Shown: piece by piece, positions 18,280 through 28,464 of the stretch
How positions within the stretch are numbered: the first letter of the stretch is position 1
Layout: the number at the start of each line of letters is the position of its first letter
NCBI GenBank assembly: GCA_963736875.1
Contig: CAVTQH010000002.1
Coordinates: forward strand, 334,663-398,662
Source: Candidatus Amesbacteria bacterium
GTDB taxonomy: Bacteria > Patescibacteriota > Microgenomatia > CAZETR01 > Amesbacteraceae
Length of the DNA stretch: 64,000 nucleotides
Direction: 5' to 3'
The notes under the pieces: generated by a model
Database searches by the model: none
What the model was told of the DNA's origin: nothing
The model's input: only the letters and a program-made list of their open reading frames with translations
Program-made: the position numbers and the translations under genes

Positions 18280-18858
18280 ATGGCTACAATTAATGCGGGA
18301 AATATTACCAAAGGGACTTATATTATGTATAAGGACGCCCCGCATCTGGTTACCAAAGCCGAATTTATGGCCCCCGGTAAAGGCTCTCCGATTATGCGGG
18401 TAAAACTCAGGCACACCAAAACCGGATCAGCCAGTGAATTTACTTTTAAGACCAATGAGTCGGTGGAAGTGGCCGATGTGAATAAGAAAGAAATGCAGTT
18501 TATTTACCGCGATGGTGATGAAGTGGTCTTTATGGACCCGAAAACTTACGAACAGGCATCCGTCCCCATATCGCTGGTGGGGGATCAATTGGGATATTTG
18601 ATTCCGGACATCAAATGCTGGGTATTGTGGTACGAAGGTGATGCCATCGGCATTGATTTACCCCCGCATGTGGATCTGCTGGTAACCGATGCCCCCGAAG
18701 GCATCGCCGGAAACCGGATTAATGCCCCCAAGCGGTTAGTCAAACTGGAAACAGGTATCGAAGTTCTGGCCCCCCTTTTTATCAAAACAGGTGACAAAAT
18801 TACCATCGATACGGGATCAGGTGAATATCTCTCCCGGGTAACGAATTCTTCTAAATAG
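18280..18858 (+). CDS. efp: elongation factor P
   Basis: KGTYIMYKDAPHLVTKAEFMAPGKGSPIMRVKLRH aligns to the EF-P KOW domain, including the modifiable Lys in PGKG. ATG at 18280 with a GGAG upstream. Confidence 0.9.
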   Translation: MATINAGNITKGTYIMYKDAPHLVTKAEFMAPGKGSPIMRVKLRHTKTGSASEFTFKTNESVEVADVNKKEMQFIYRDGDEVVFMDPKTYEQASVPISLVGDQLGYLIPDIKCWVLWYEGDAIGIDLPPHVDLLVTDAPEGIAGNRINAPKRLVKLETGIEVLAPLFIKTGDKITIDTGSGEYLSRVTNSSK

Positions 18859-19668
18859 ATGGTGAAAAACAACATAATTATTCAGGTTGAACACCTTACC
18901 AAAAATTTTGGTAGTTTAACCGCAGTTAATGATATTTCCTTTGATGTCAAAAAAGGAGAAATTTTTGCCTTTTTGGGCCCCAACGGTGCCGGCAAATCCA
19001 CCACCATAAAAATGCTGACAACCTTACTGAGATCCAATAGCGGAAAAATTCTTATCGACGGACACGATCCTGTAACCGATCAGGATGCTGTCAGACACTC
19101 TTTTGGAATAGTTTTTCAGGATGCGAGTCTGGATGACGAACTAACTGCCCTGGAAAACCTCCAGTTTCACGGAGTTTTGTACAATATCCCGGCAGATACC
19201 AGGCACAGTAGAATAGAAGAACTGCTCCAGTATGTGGAATTGTGGGATCGAAGAAACAATCTGGTCAAGACTTTTTCCGGCGGAATGAAGCGTCGTCTGG
19301 AAATTGCCCGTGGTCTGCTCCATCACCCGAAAATATTTTTTCTGGACGAACCTACGTTAGGACTTGATCCCCAGACCCGGAATCATATCTGGAGCTATAT
19401 CCAAAATTTAAACCGCAGGGAAAACATCACCGTTTTTTTCACTACCCACTACATGGAAGAAGCCGAAAAGGTAGCAGATCAGGTAGCGGTTATTGATCAT
19501 GGAAAAATTATTGCCCGGGGTACCCCCGGGGTTCTTAAGAAAAAAACCAAATCCGCGTCTCTTGAAGATGCTTTTTTAGCTCTGACAGGCCATGAGATCA
19601 GGGAAGAAGAGGCAACAGGCAGAGATCATATGAGAATTGGTCACCGGATGTGGGGAGGCAGGAGGTAG
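18859..19668 (+). CDS. ABC transporter ATP-binding protein (ABC-2 exporter type)
   Basis: Walker A GPNGAGKST. ABC signature SGGMKRRL. Walker B FLDEPT. Confidence 0.9.
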   Translation: MVKNNIIIQVEHLTKNFGSLTAVNDISFDVKKGEIFAFLGPNGAGKSTTIKMLTTLLRSNSGKILIDGHDPVTDQDAVRHSFGIVFQDASLDDELTALENLQFHGVLYNIPADTRHSRIEELLQYVELWDRRNNLVKTFSGGMKRRLEIARGLLHHPKIFFLDEPTLGLDPQTRNHIWSYIQNLNRRENITVFFTTHYMEEAEKVADQVAVIDHGKIIARGTPGVLKKKTKSASLEDAFLALTGHEIREEEATGRDHMRIGHRMWGGRR

Positions 19669-19673
19669 CTGAT

Positions 19674-20423
19674 ATGAATACTATTTATATTCTCTGGTTA
19701 AGACAGCTTAAAAGATATTTCCGGTCCAAATCCCGGATGGTTGGGTCTTTAGGCCAGCCGCTGCTTTTTCTGGTGGCTTTGGGTTTTGGCCTTGGTCCGG
19801 TTTTCCAGCAGGCCGGTGCCGGTAATTATCTGCAATTTTTGGTACCCGGTGTGATTGCCATGAGCATTATTTTTACAGCGCTGTTTTCCGGGGTCGAGGT
19901 TATTTGGGACAAGCAATTCGGTTTCTTAAAGGAGACCCTGGTAGCACCGGTATCCCGGCTGCATATCATGATCGGCCGGACTTTGGGCGGGGCTACTGTA
20001 GCTGTGATTCAGGGATTGATAGTATTAACACTGGCCTCTCTTACCGGATTTAGGCCTGTAAATATAAATTTACTCCCTCTGGCATTCATTTTTATGTTTC
20101 TGATTGCTCTTCTTTTTACCGCCTTGGGAACAGCCATCGCGTCAGTTCTTGAGGACATGCAGGGATTTCAGTTAATCATGAATTTTTTGGTGATGCCGTT
20201 GTTTTTCCTGTCCGGGGCAATTTTTCCTCTGCAGAAAGGTGTTCCTTCACTATTACTTACCATTGCCGGTCTCAACCCGCTTTCTTACGGTGTTGACGGC
20301 CTGAGAGACACTTTATCCGGCATTTCCCGCTTCGGTTTGCATGTCGATTTTCTCGTATTATCATTGATAACCGCACTTCTTTTGGTAATAGGGAGTTATG
20401 TCTTCTCCAAAATCCAGATCTAA
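19674..20423 (+). CDS. ABC-2 family transporter permease
   Basis: Six TM helices. Overlaps or abuts the ATPase gene. Start taken at the internal ATG at 19674. Confidence 0.8.
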   Translation: MNTIYILWLRQLKRYFRSKSRMVGSLGQPLLFLVALGFGLGPVFQQAGAGNYLQFLVPGVIAMSIIFTALFSGVEVIWDKQFGFLKETLVAPVSRLHIMIGRTLGGATVAVIQGLIVLTLASLTGFRPVNINLLPLAFIFMFLIALLFTALGTAIASVLEDMQGFQLIMNFLVMPLFFLSGAIFPLQKGVPSLLLTIAGLNPLSYGVDGLRDTLSGISRFGLHVDFLVLSLITALLLVIGSYVFSKIQI

Positions 20424-20459
20424 GTGTAATATTAAACTTAAATATGCCGGTCACTTCAC

Positions 20460-20711
20460 TTGGCTAAAGAGAGGCCGGACTTAAATATCGTCGGAGTTCT
20501 TCCATCAGGAACCGATACTCCGGGAATGCGGGCTAGCACAGATAATCCTATCGGACTAATTGATCCCCGTGTGATTGCCGATATTGTCATTCAGGCAATA
20601 AATGGAAAATATCCTTCCGGTAGTTTTATTTCAATTATTAACGATCGTTCCCGTGATTGGTGGGAGACTCGAGACCAATATACTAGGGTTTATGACGTTG
20701 ATAAAGCGTGA
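20460..20711 (+). pseudogene. C-terminal remnant of a short-chain dehydrogenase/reductase (SDR)
   Basis: NIVGVLPSGTDTPGM matches the SDR C-terminal segment (RVN.V.PG...T.M). The ORF opens only 18 nt after an in-frame stop with a TTG start, and no N-terminal Rossmann part is present. Confidence 0.35.
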
Positions 20712-20980
20712 TTAAACATGTAAACATCCGGGTGTATGGTCGAGTACAGGGGGTATTTTTCCGCCGGTTTTGTTTACGGGAAGCACAAAAACTGCATCTT
20801 TCGGGCTTTGTCAGAAATGACGCTGATGGTACGGTGTTTATCGAAGCTGAAGGCAAAAAAACTGATCTGGAGACATTTGTTTCCTGGTGCCATCACGGAC
20901 CGTCCACTGCCATAATTGAAAAAGTGCGGGTTACACGGGGAAAACTCAAAAATTATTCCGGCTTTGCCATTACCGGCTGA
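20708..20980 (+). CDS. acyP: acylphosphatase
   Basis: VNIRVYGRVQGVFFR signature, about 90 aa. Confidence 0.85.
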   Translation: MIKHVNIRVYGRVQGVFFRRFCLREAQKLHLSGFVRNDADGTVFIEAEGKKTDLETFVSWCHHGPSTAIIEKVRVTRGKLKNYSGFAITG

Positions 20981-21491
20981 AAATCTTCTTTACTCCCGTA
21001 TACCAGGTGTATACACATATTCCCAACCCCGCCAGTACAAAGACTACTCCCAATAAGTGAACACCTCCTCCGATTAATTTATCCCGGGAAAGCCATCCGA
21101 CTTTACCCAACAGATAATTCCAGTCATGGATTTCTCCGCCGATAACAGGCAGCAGCATGACTCTGGCATCTTTTATATAAATACTCACATTTATCAGATT
21201 ATTGCCCAGCCAAAAGACGGTAAAACCGGAAGAAAATAATTGTTTTTGGTAGGCAAAGTAGGACAAAAATAAAACCGGTGTCAAAACCTGCACGAGCGTC
21301 CCGCCCAGGACGGAAATATATTCCCCGAAACCGGCCAAAAACGTGTGTCCTGCTTCATGAATCAGCAAATTTATATTATCGAGAATTGGTAACCAGGGTT
21401 CGGGTTTGGTTAAAAGCATGACGGTAAATATTCCCATTACCGCCACAATTACGCTCCGGCTGACGATTTCTTTTCCCGGGACAGGCGGCAT
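20970..21491 (-). CDS. putative intramembrane zinc metalloprotease (HExxH in TM helix)
   Basis: LIHEAGH motif inside a hydrophobic segment. 4-5 TM helices. Family uncertain. Confidence 0.4.
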   Translation of the reverse strand: MPPVPGKEIVSRSVIVAVMGIFTVMLLTKPEPWLPILDNINLLIHEAGHTFLAGFGEYISVLGGTLVQVLTPVLFLSYFAYQKQLFSSGFTVFWLGNNLINVSIYIKDARVMLLPVIGGEIHDWNYLLGKVGWLSRDKLIGGGVHLLGVVFVLAGLGICVYTWYTGVKKIFSR

Positions 21492-21493
21492 GC

Positions 21494-22960
21494 TTATTTG
21501 GTTCCCACCAGGGTTTTATAATTTCTTAAATATTTTTCCGCGGACACTTTCCAGGAATAATCCTGGTCCATACAGGTAAGGCGCAGTTTATTCACAATTT
21601 CCTTGTGCTTGAAAACTTCCACCGCTCTGGCCATGGTCAGAAGCAGAGAATTGGCTTTATATTCCTTAAAAGTAAATCCGTTCTCTTCATCCACTACGGT
21701 ATCCGCCAGACCTCCCACTAATCTGACAATCGGAATACAGCCGTAAGCCATGGATTCAATTTGGACTATCCCGCAGGGTTCGAATTTTGAAGGGTGCAGC
21801 ATAAAATCCGCTCCGGCAAATATTTGCCGCGGTAAAATTTCATCAAAATTTAAATTTATACCCACATTTTGCGGATATTTTTTGGAGATGTCCAAAAAGA
21901 ATGTCTTATATTCCGGATCACCGTCACCGTTGACTACAAACTGCGCGTCGAATTCATTTATTACCGTTTCCATTACATCTGTTATCAGGTCCAGGCCTTT
22001 TTGACTGGTCAGCCGGTAGGAAATTCCGAAAACCGGAATATTCACGTCCTTTTTAAGTGAAAATCTTTCCTGCAGAAATAATTTATTCTGCAGCCTGCTT
22101 ACCCACGCCCCTTTCTTGTAGTTCTGGTGGAGGTTAATATCGGTCAGCGGGTCATAATCTTCATAATCCAATCCATTCAGAATCCCGATTAATTTTGCTT
22201 TAACTTCTTTTAAAAGTGAATCCATACCTTCGCCATACTCCGGTGTCAGAATCTCATTGGCATAAGTAGGGGACACGGTAGTAATTAAATCCGAAAACAT
22301 TATTCCGCGACGCATACTGTTAAGTTTTGCCAGTTCCGGGGATAAGATATCGGGAATATCTGCGTGGCCGGCGTCCATGTCCATTTCCGTAACAAACCGG
22401 TGGTCAAAAGGAGCCTGGTATCCCAAATTATGAATCGTAAATACTGTTTTAATATGTTCCAGTTTTTCCAACTTTTTGTAAGTTTGATTAAAATAATTCG
22501 CCGCCAGGCCTGTGTGCCAATCGTGACAATGAACGATATCAGGTATCCATTCCTCGTAATTTCTTAAAAATTCCCACATCCCTTTCTGCAGTAATGCCCA
22601 GCGGATATGATCATCGGAATATTCATAAACGTTTGCTCTTAGTTCGTAATATTCCCTGTTTTCCAAAAAATAAGTCAAAGGTTGATTTGGTTGCTGATGG
22701 GACAATACGTTGCAAATCAGGGTATTTCCTTTATCGCTTTTTCCGGTCGGTACTTTCAGTTGATCGAGAATTTTCCTAAATTTATATTTCTTGGCATCGA
22801 TCATCCCGTATTTGGGAATCATTACCCTGGCATCCACACCTGCTTTAATCAAAGCCTGCGGCAGATAGGACATTACCCGGCTCAAACCTCCGGCGCTGGC
22901 ATAAGGCCACATTTCCGAACCCACAAACAATACTCTCAAAGGACGTTTCTGCAGTTTCAT
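21494..22960 (-). CDS. glgA: glycogen/starch synthase (GT5, ADP-glucose type)
   Basis: N-terminal VLFVGSEMWPYASAGGLSRV (K-x-GGL-type motif region). C-terminal GT-B fold motifs (FEPCG, GGLADTV). Confidence 0.85.
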   Translation of the reverse strand: MKLQKRPLRVLFVGSEMWPYASAGGLSRVMSYLPQALIKAGVDARVMIPKYGMIDAKKYKFRKILDQLKVPTGKSDKGNTLICNVLSHQQPNQPLTYFLENREYYELRANVYEYSDDHIRWALLQKGMWEFLRNYEEWIPDIVHCHDWHTGLAANYFNQTYKKLEKLEHIKTVFTIHNLGYQAPFDHRFVTEMDMDAGHADIPDILSPELAKLNSMRRGIMFSDLITTVSPTYANEILTPEYGEGMDSLLKEVKAKLIGILNGLDYEDYDPLTDINLHQNYKKGAWVSRLQNKLFLQERFSLKKDVNIPVFGISYRLTSQKGLDLITDVMETVINEFDAQFVVNGDGDPEYKTFFLDISKKYPQNVGINLNFDEILPRQIFAGADFMLHPSKFEPCGIVQIESMAYGCIPIVRLVGGLADTVVDEENGFTFKEYKANSLLLTMARAVEVFKHKEIVNKLRLTCMDQDYSWKVSAEKYLRNYKTLVGTK

Positions 22961-23012
22961 ACCTGTTTTATTATAACCCCCTGACCACCAGCTGTGCTAT
23001 CATTTTAGACAG

Positions 23013-25475
23013 ATGGAGTTTCTTTTCTGGCATTACACCGAAGGTCTGAATCTGTACCTGCGCCGTTGGTATTTTCTGATGGCCTGGATTGTTCATTACT
23101 TTTCCCTTCCCATGCTGTTGCCGACGTTATTTTCACCCTGGAAAAGGCTGATCGACACCGAAGAGATAGTCGGCTTCAACATCGAAAAAATATTCCGCCA
23201 ATTCACCTTTAATCTTATTTCCCGGGGAATTGGTGCGATAGTCAGATTATTTCTTTTCTTCTTCGGATTACTGGCATTCTTTCCCACTTTTCTGATCGGT
23301 CTTATCGGCCTCATTTTCTGGGTAGTTTGTCCTTTCATCGGACTTGCTTATTTTTTCACATCCGACAAACACCATCACCGCTTCTTTACCCATTTGATGG
23401 ATAAATTAAAAGCCGATCCGCCACAGGTCATAAATACCCTTTTTAATAACTCTCCCGGCAGGTTTGTCCTCTCAAAAACAGGAATCAGCATCGAAACATT
23501 GTCCGGTTTGGGTGACCCGTCAAAATTGGATCTTTCCGGTCCCGATCCGGTCTGTTTCGAAGACATCGTCTGCAGGTTCATCAAATCCTCTGTATGGCAG
23601 GAGGAAGATCTGCAAAAACAGGATATCAAATTTTCGGATTTGGAATTATCTGCGAGATGGTGGGACTTTGCATACGGATCCAAGACCGAAGCGGATGAGG
23701 ACACTTTGAAACTCAGCCGTCCGGGGTTGGGTTTGGAGTTGCTTTTTGGCTACACCCCGAGATTAAACTCACTTTCAACTGATCTTAGTCTGCCTCTGGA
23801 ATTTTCTCATCACCTGATTGGCCGTGAAGCTCTGGTTAACCGGATAGAACGGGAGCTAACCGGAGGCAACAGCGTGATTTTGGTAGGTCTCCCCGGAGTG
23901 GGTAAAAAAACGGTCGTTCTGGAATTTGCCAAAAGAGCTGTCGAAGGCGAACTGGGATCCAGCATGATTTATAAACGGGTTTTAGATCTCGACTACAATT
24001 TTCTCCTCTCCCAATCTCTGGATGTAAATCAGAAAAAAGCTCAATTGTCATACCTTCTGACCGAAGCCTCACAAGCAGGCAATGTAATTTTGGTAATTAA
24101 AGACATTCACCGTCTAACCCACCCGGATATTGAAGGTCTGGATTTTACCGATTTATTTGATAAACATCTTGAAGGCAGGAAACTGAAAATTATCGCCATC
24201 AGTACCCAGGCTGATTATGAACGGTTTGTTGTTCCCAATACCCGTTTGCGTAAGTTTCTCCAGCCCGTGGAAATTACACCTACTTCCCGGGATGACGCTC
24301 TGTTTATCATTTTTGAGGCAGCTTCCCAGTGGGAAAAAAGTAAAAAAATCACTTTTTCCATTCAATCCCTGGAACAGGTTTTAGACGGCAGTGACAGGTA
24401 TATCACGGACACTCCGTTTCCGGAGAAAGCATTGGAGTTATTGGATCACCTGGTGGTTTATTTGGAAAAAAACGATAAATTACGGGCGGATCCGGACGAC
24501 GTTAACACGGTGCTTTCAGAGCAGACGGGAATTTCCCTGGCGCATCTTACCAAACAGGAAAAGCAGTTACTGGTGGACCTGGAAAGTGTTTTACACCAGA
24601 ATTTAATAGGTCAGGATGCCGCCGTCTCCCTGATCTCAAAAAGTCTGCGGGCTCGGACTATCGGGGTAAAAAATGAAAATCGGCCGGTAGGCTCATTTCT
24701 GTTTTTGGGACCTACCGGGGTGGGGAAGACCCAGACTGCCAAGACATTGGCTGATGTTTATTACGGCTCCGATAAATATTTACTGCGTTTTGATATGGCC
24801 GAATACGCCGGTCAGGAGGGTTTATCCCGTTTAATCGGCTCTGTCAGCCGCAACCAGCCGGGAGCTCTGACTTCCGCAATCAAAAATAAACCTGCCAGCC
24901 TGCTTTTGTTGGATGAGATAGAAAAAGCACCTCCCGAAGTCTACAATTTATTTCTTTCCCTCCTGGATGAAGGCCAGATTACCGATGTTTTCGGCAAAAA
25001 GATTTCCTGCCGTCATTTATTTGTTATTGCCACTTCCAACGCCGGTTCTGAAAAAGTCCGTGAGCTTATAGCAAAAAATATTCCTCCCGACCGGCTCCAA
25101 AAAGAAATTGTTGAACATATTCAAAAAAGCGGGATATTTTCGCCGGAATTTTTAAACCGCTTTGACGGAGTCGTGGTTTTTCATCCCCTGTCATCTCCGG
25201 AACTTGTTCAAATTGCCGGTTTGCTCTTAAAGGATCTGCAAAAAAGTCTTCTGGGAAAAAATATTCACCTGGAAATTACCGATGATTTATGTACCAAAAT
25301 TGCCGGGGAAGGATTTGAACCGGAATTCGGAGCCCGTCCGATGCGCCGGATAGTGGATATCACCATCGGGGATGTATTAGGCAAGGCGATTCTTAAGGAA
25401 GATATCAAAAGCGGTGACCACATCAAAATTATCCCGGATGTCACCCCCGAGACCTATCATGTTCAAAAAGTATGA
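23013..25475 (+). CDS. membrane-anchored double-AAA+ ClpB/ClpC-family ATPase
   Basis: N-terminal ~130 aa has 3-4 TM helices in place of a Clp N-domain. D1 Walker A GLPGVGKKT. D2 GPTGVGKTQTAKTLA with sensor/arginine-finger regions and a ClpB_D2-small-like C-terminus. Confidence 0.8.
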   Translation: MEFLFWHYTEGLNLYLRRWYFLMAWIVHYFSLPMLLPTLFSPWKRLIDTEEIVGFNIEKIFRQFTFNLISRGIGAIVRLFLFFFGLLAFFPTFLIGLIGLIFWVVCPFIGLAYFFTSDKHHHRFFTHLMDKLKADPPQVINTLFNNSPGRFVLSKTGISIETLSGLGDPSKLDLSGPDPVCFEDIVCRFIKSSVWQEEDLQKQDIKFSDLELSARWWDFAYGSKTEADEDTLKLSRPGLGLELLFGYTPRLNSLSTDLSLPLEFSHHLIGREALVNRIERELTGGNSVILVGLPGVGKKTVVLEFAKRAVEGELGSSMIYKRVLDLDYNFLLSQSLDVNQKKAQLSYLLTEASQAGNVILVIKDIHRLTHPDIEGLDFTDLFDKHLEGRKLKIIAISTQADYERFVVPNTRLRKFLQPVEITPTSRDDALFIIFEAASQWEKSKKITFSIQSLEQVLDGSDRYITDTPFPEKALELLDHLVVYLEKNDKLRADPDDVNTVLSEQTGISLAHLTKQEKQLLVDLESVLHQNLIGQDAAVSLISKSLRARTIGVKNENRPVGSFLFLGPTGVGKTQTAKTLADVYYGSDKYLLRFDMAEYAGQEGLSRLIGSVSRNQPGALTSAIKNKPASLLLLDEIEKAPPEVYNLFLSLLDEGQITDVFGKKISCRHLFVIATSNAGSEKVRELIAKNIPPDRLQKEIVEHIQKSGIFSPEFLNRFDGVVVFHPLSSPELVQIAGLLLKDLQKSLLGKNIHLEITDDLCTKIAGEGFEPEFGARPMRRIVDITIGDVLGKAILKEDIKSGDHIKIIPDVTPETYHVQKV

Positions 25476-25523
25476 AATCTCACGGTATTACCCTTAACGG
25501 AAATATAAACTGAAGCTGAGAAT

Positions 25524-26087
25524 ATGTTCACCTTGCCTGATTTACCCTACTCCCCCGACCTGCTGGAGCCTTATATTGATAAGGAAACCATATTGGTCCA
25601 TCATGGTAAACACCACGCCGCATATGTCAAAAATCTTAACGACCTGCTGCCGGAAAAAAATGACTCCGATCTTATTGATATCTTACAAAACCTGGATTCC
25701 TTACCGGAAAATATTCGTACCAAAGTCAGAAATAACGCCGGCGGGGTATTAAACCACACTCTGTATTGGAATTGGATGTCCCCTGCAAAAACTCCCCCTT
25801 CACCGGCACTGGTTAAGATAATTGACGGGACTTTCACAAGTCTGGATACTTTCAGGGAAAAATTTATCGGGGCTGCTCTTTCTCAATTCGGTTCCGGCTG
25901 GGGTTGGCTGGTATCGGCGGATGGTCACTTAGAGATTGTTACCACCCCAAATCAGGATTCGCCGCATTCCTTTCATCAGAAACCGGTATTGGGAGTGGAT
26001 GTTTGGGAACATGCCTATTATCTCAAATACCAGAACCGCCGCGATGGATTATCTGGATGCCTGGTGGAATGTAATCAACTGGCCTGA
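25524..26087 (+). CDS. Fe/Mn superoxide dismutase
   Basis: LPDLPYSPDLLEPYIDKETILVHHGKHHAAYVKNLN. C-terminal DVWEHAYYL motif. Confidence 0.9.
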   Translation: MFTLPDLPYSPDLLEPYIDKETILVHHGKHHAAYVKNLNDLLPEKNDSDLIDILQNLDSLPENIRTKVRNNAGGVLNHTLYWNWMSPAKTPPSPALVKIIDGTFTSLDTFREKFIGAALSQFGSGWGWLVSADGHLEIVTTPNQDSPHSFHQKPVLGVDVWEHAYYLKYQNRRDGLSGCLVECNQLA

Positions 26088-27907
26088 AGTCGGGCGTCTT
26101 TTGACCGTTTGAAACGGACACGGTCCAGTTTGGTTAACAGTTTCTTTCTGATTCTTAAGTTTTTGGGCGTAATTTCCAGAAGTTCGTCATCTTCAATAAA
26201 ATCCAGAGCTTGTTCCAGGCTCATTTTTAAAGGAGGGGACAGGGTGATTTTGGTCTCTTTGTTTGAGGAACGGACATTAGTCAGGTGTTTTCCTTTTATG
26301 ACATTCATATCAATGTCGTTTTCCCGGGTATTTAAACCGATGACCATTCCCTCGTACACTTCATCCCCCGGTTCAATAAAAGTTATTCCTCTTTCCTGGG
26401 TTGTTTCCAAAGCATACGCAGTAGCTTTGCCTGTTTCAAAAGCTACCAATACTCCGTTTCTCAGTTTATCGAGTGTAGGTCCGCAGGTCTGATATCCGGC
26501 AAACAGGGTCGAGATTATTGCCGTACCCCGGGTATCGGTCAGAAGAATATTCCTGGCTCCGATCATATTTCTTTGTGAAATGCTGTAAGAAAGCTTCGTA
26601 TCCCCTTTACCGTCGGATTTCATATCCGTCATTTCCCCTCTCCTTTTTCCCATTTCTCCTGTCACCACCCCGACATACTCATCGGGAACTTCAACTGTGA
26701 CTTCATCAAACGGCTCCGATCCGTTTTTGAAAATTACCTGTGGTTTTGACACCTGCATTTCATATCCTTCACGCCTCATGGTTTCCAAAAGTATCGCCAG
26801 ATGCAGCTCACCTCTTCCGGCCACCTCGTATATTCCGGATCCCATGTCTATCATTCTGAGTCCCAGATTTTTCTCCATTTCCTTTTCCAGCCGTTCGCCG
26901 ATTTGCCTGCTGGTGATATACCTGCCTTCCCGACCCGCAAAAGGCGAAGTATTTGCCCCGATGCTGATTTTCAGGGTAGGTTCCTCTACAAAAATTTCAG
27001 GCAGTGCCTCCGGTTTTGCCGGATCGCATATTGTCTGGCCGATTTCAATTTCCTGATCTCCGGCAATGGCAATAATATCTCCCGATATGGCTTCTTTTAT
27101 TTCCTCCCGGGCGATTCCTTTACTCGTATACATTTTTTCCACATTGTATCCTCCGATAACTTTCTCCCCTCTTAAAACAGTCACTCTTTGTCCCAGTTTC
27201 AAACCACCGCGCCTGATCCGTCCGATTCCCAACTTCCCCAAATGCGGATCATAATCCAGGGTGGAAACCAGCATTTGCAGAGGCTCCTGTGTATTTACCA
27301 CAGCGTTGGGTACTTCCTTCAGAATCAGGTTAAACAGGGGAGTCAGATCACCCTTGTCTGCAGGATTATATTTATCGGGAAATTTCAAAAAAGCTTTGCC
27401 GTCACGGCTGACGGTATAAATTACCGGAAAATCCAGGTGGGTAGCCTTTGTGGCCAGTTTCAGAAACAATTCTTCAGTTTCAGTCAGCACTTCCGCAGGC
27501 CGGGAATTACCTTTGTCGATTTTATTGATAACCAGGATAATTTTTAAATTGGCCTGTAAAGCTTTCTGCAAGACAAACCTGGTTTGGGGTTGCGGGCCTT
27601 CGGCCGCATCCACCACCAATAAGGCGGCATCAGCCATGTTCAGCACCCGTTCCACTTCACCGCCGAAATCCGCATGCCCCGGAGTGTCGATAATATTAAT
27701 TTTTATCCCGTTGTATATAACAGCTGTGTTTTTAGCCAAAATTGTAATCCCTTTTTCCCTTTCCAGGACATTACTGTCAAGAATCGTGGTCTGCTGCATT
27801 TCAGCCTGGTTTTCCCTGAAGGTATGGGTCTGTTTCAGCATCCCGTCCACCAGGGTGGTTTTTCCATGGTCAACATGTGCAATAATTGCTATATTACGTA
27901 TATCCAT
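26075..27907 (-). CDS. typA: translational GTPase TypA/BipA
   Basis: MDIRNIAIIAHVDHGKTTLVD. EF-G-like domains. Length 610 aa. Confidence 0.95.
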   Translation of the reverse strand: MDIRNIAIIAHVDHGKTTLVDGMLKQTHTFRENQAEMQQTTILDSNVLEREKGITILAKNTAVIYNGIKINIIDTPGHADFGGEVERVLNMADAALLVVDAAEGPQPQTRFVLQKALQANLKIILVINKIDKGNSRPAEVLTETEELFLKLATKATHLDFPVIYTVSRDGKAFLKFPDKYNPADKGDLTPLFNLILKEVPNAVVNTQEPLQMLVSTLDYDPHLGKLGIGRIRRGGLKLGQRVTVLRGEKVIGGYNVEKMYTSKGIAREEIKEAISGDIIAIAGDQEIEIGQTICDPAKPEALPEIFVEEPTLKISIGANTSPFAGREGRYITSRQIGERLEKEMEKNLGLRMIDMGSGIYEVAGRGELHLAILLETMRREGYEMQVSKPQVIFKNGSEPFDEVTVEVPDEYVGVVTGEMGKRRGEMTDMKSDGKGDTKLSYSISQRNMIGARNILLTDTRGTAIISTLFAGYQTCGPTLDKLRNGVLVAFETGKATAYALETTQERGITFIEPGDEVYEGMVIGLNTRENDIDMNVIKGKHLTNVRSSNKETKITLSPPLKMSLEQALDFIEDDELLEITPKNLRIRKKLLTKLDRVRFKRSKDARLQAS

Positions 27908-27945
27908 ATAAAAAGCGCTTTATTAAAAGCGCAGCTAATTTTAAC

Positions 27946-28464
27946 ATGATTCAGTTCCTGTACCAAAAATTTTCCCGTCCGGTGCTTAAGTTTCTGCTTA
28001 AAAGAAACGGCGGAGATTTGGAGGCTGCCGAGCAGGTGCTTCAGGACACTTTTGTAGCCGCCTTCAAATCTTTTCACGCTTTTCATCACAAATCCGGCTA
28101 TTTTACCTGGTTATGTAAAATTGCTTTGAATAAATTATCCGATTATTATCGTCATCAGGTACACTACAGGTCGAAAATAATCATCCCTTCAATTAATCAA
28201 ATTAATTCTCTTATAGACCCCGCCTTATCGGTAGAAGAAAAATACAGTCTGGATGAACTGCGGTATTCGGTTAATAAGTGCCTGGATCTGATACCGGGGG
28301 AGTACCGCCGGTTATTGCACTTAAAATATTATTTAAAATTATCAGGCCGGGAAATTTGTCTGATTTTGAAGCTTTCCCCCCGCCAGCTGGAAGGCCGTTT
28401 ACACCGCGCCCGTCATGCTCTGGCTAAAGTGATAACCTCCTTTCACCCCGAAATAAAACCATGA
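27946..28464 (+). CDS. RNA polymerase sigma-70 factor, ECF-like
   Basis: Region 2 (FVAAFKSFHAFHHKSGYFTWLCKIALNKLSDYYR) and region 4 HTH (LSGREICLILKLSPRQLEGRLHRAR). Start moved to the ATG at 27946 to avoid divergent overlap with typA. Confidence 0.75.
   Translation: MIQFLYQKFSRPVLKFLLKRNGGDLEAAEQVLQDTFVAAFKSFHAFHHKSGYFTWLCKIALNKLSDYYRHQVHYRSKIIIPSINQINSLIDPALSVEEKYSLDELRYSVNKCLDLIPGEYRRLLHLKYYLKLSGREICLILKLSPRQLEGRLHRARHALAKVITSFHPEIKP

Noticed and set aside
21771-21790. GGTTCGAAT tRNA T-loop-like string
   Set aside because: It lies inside the glgA coding region with no acceptor or anticodon stem context. No tRNA could be folded anywhere in the window.
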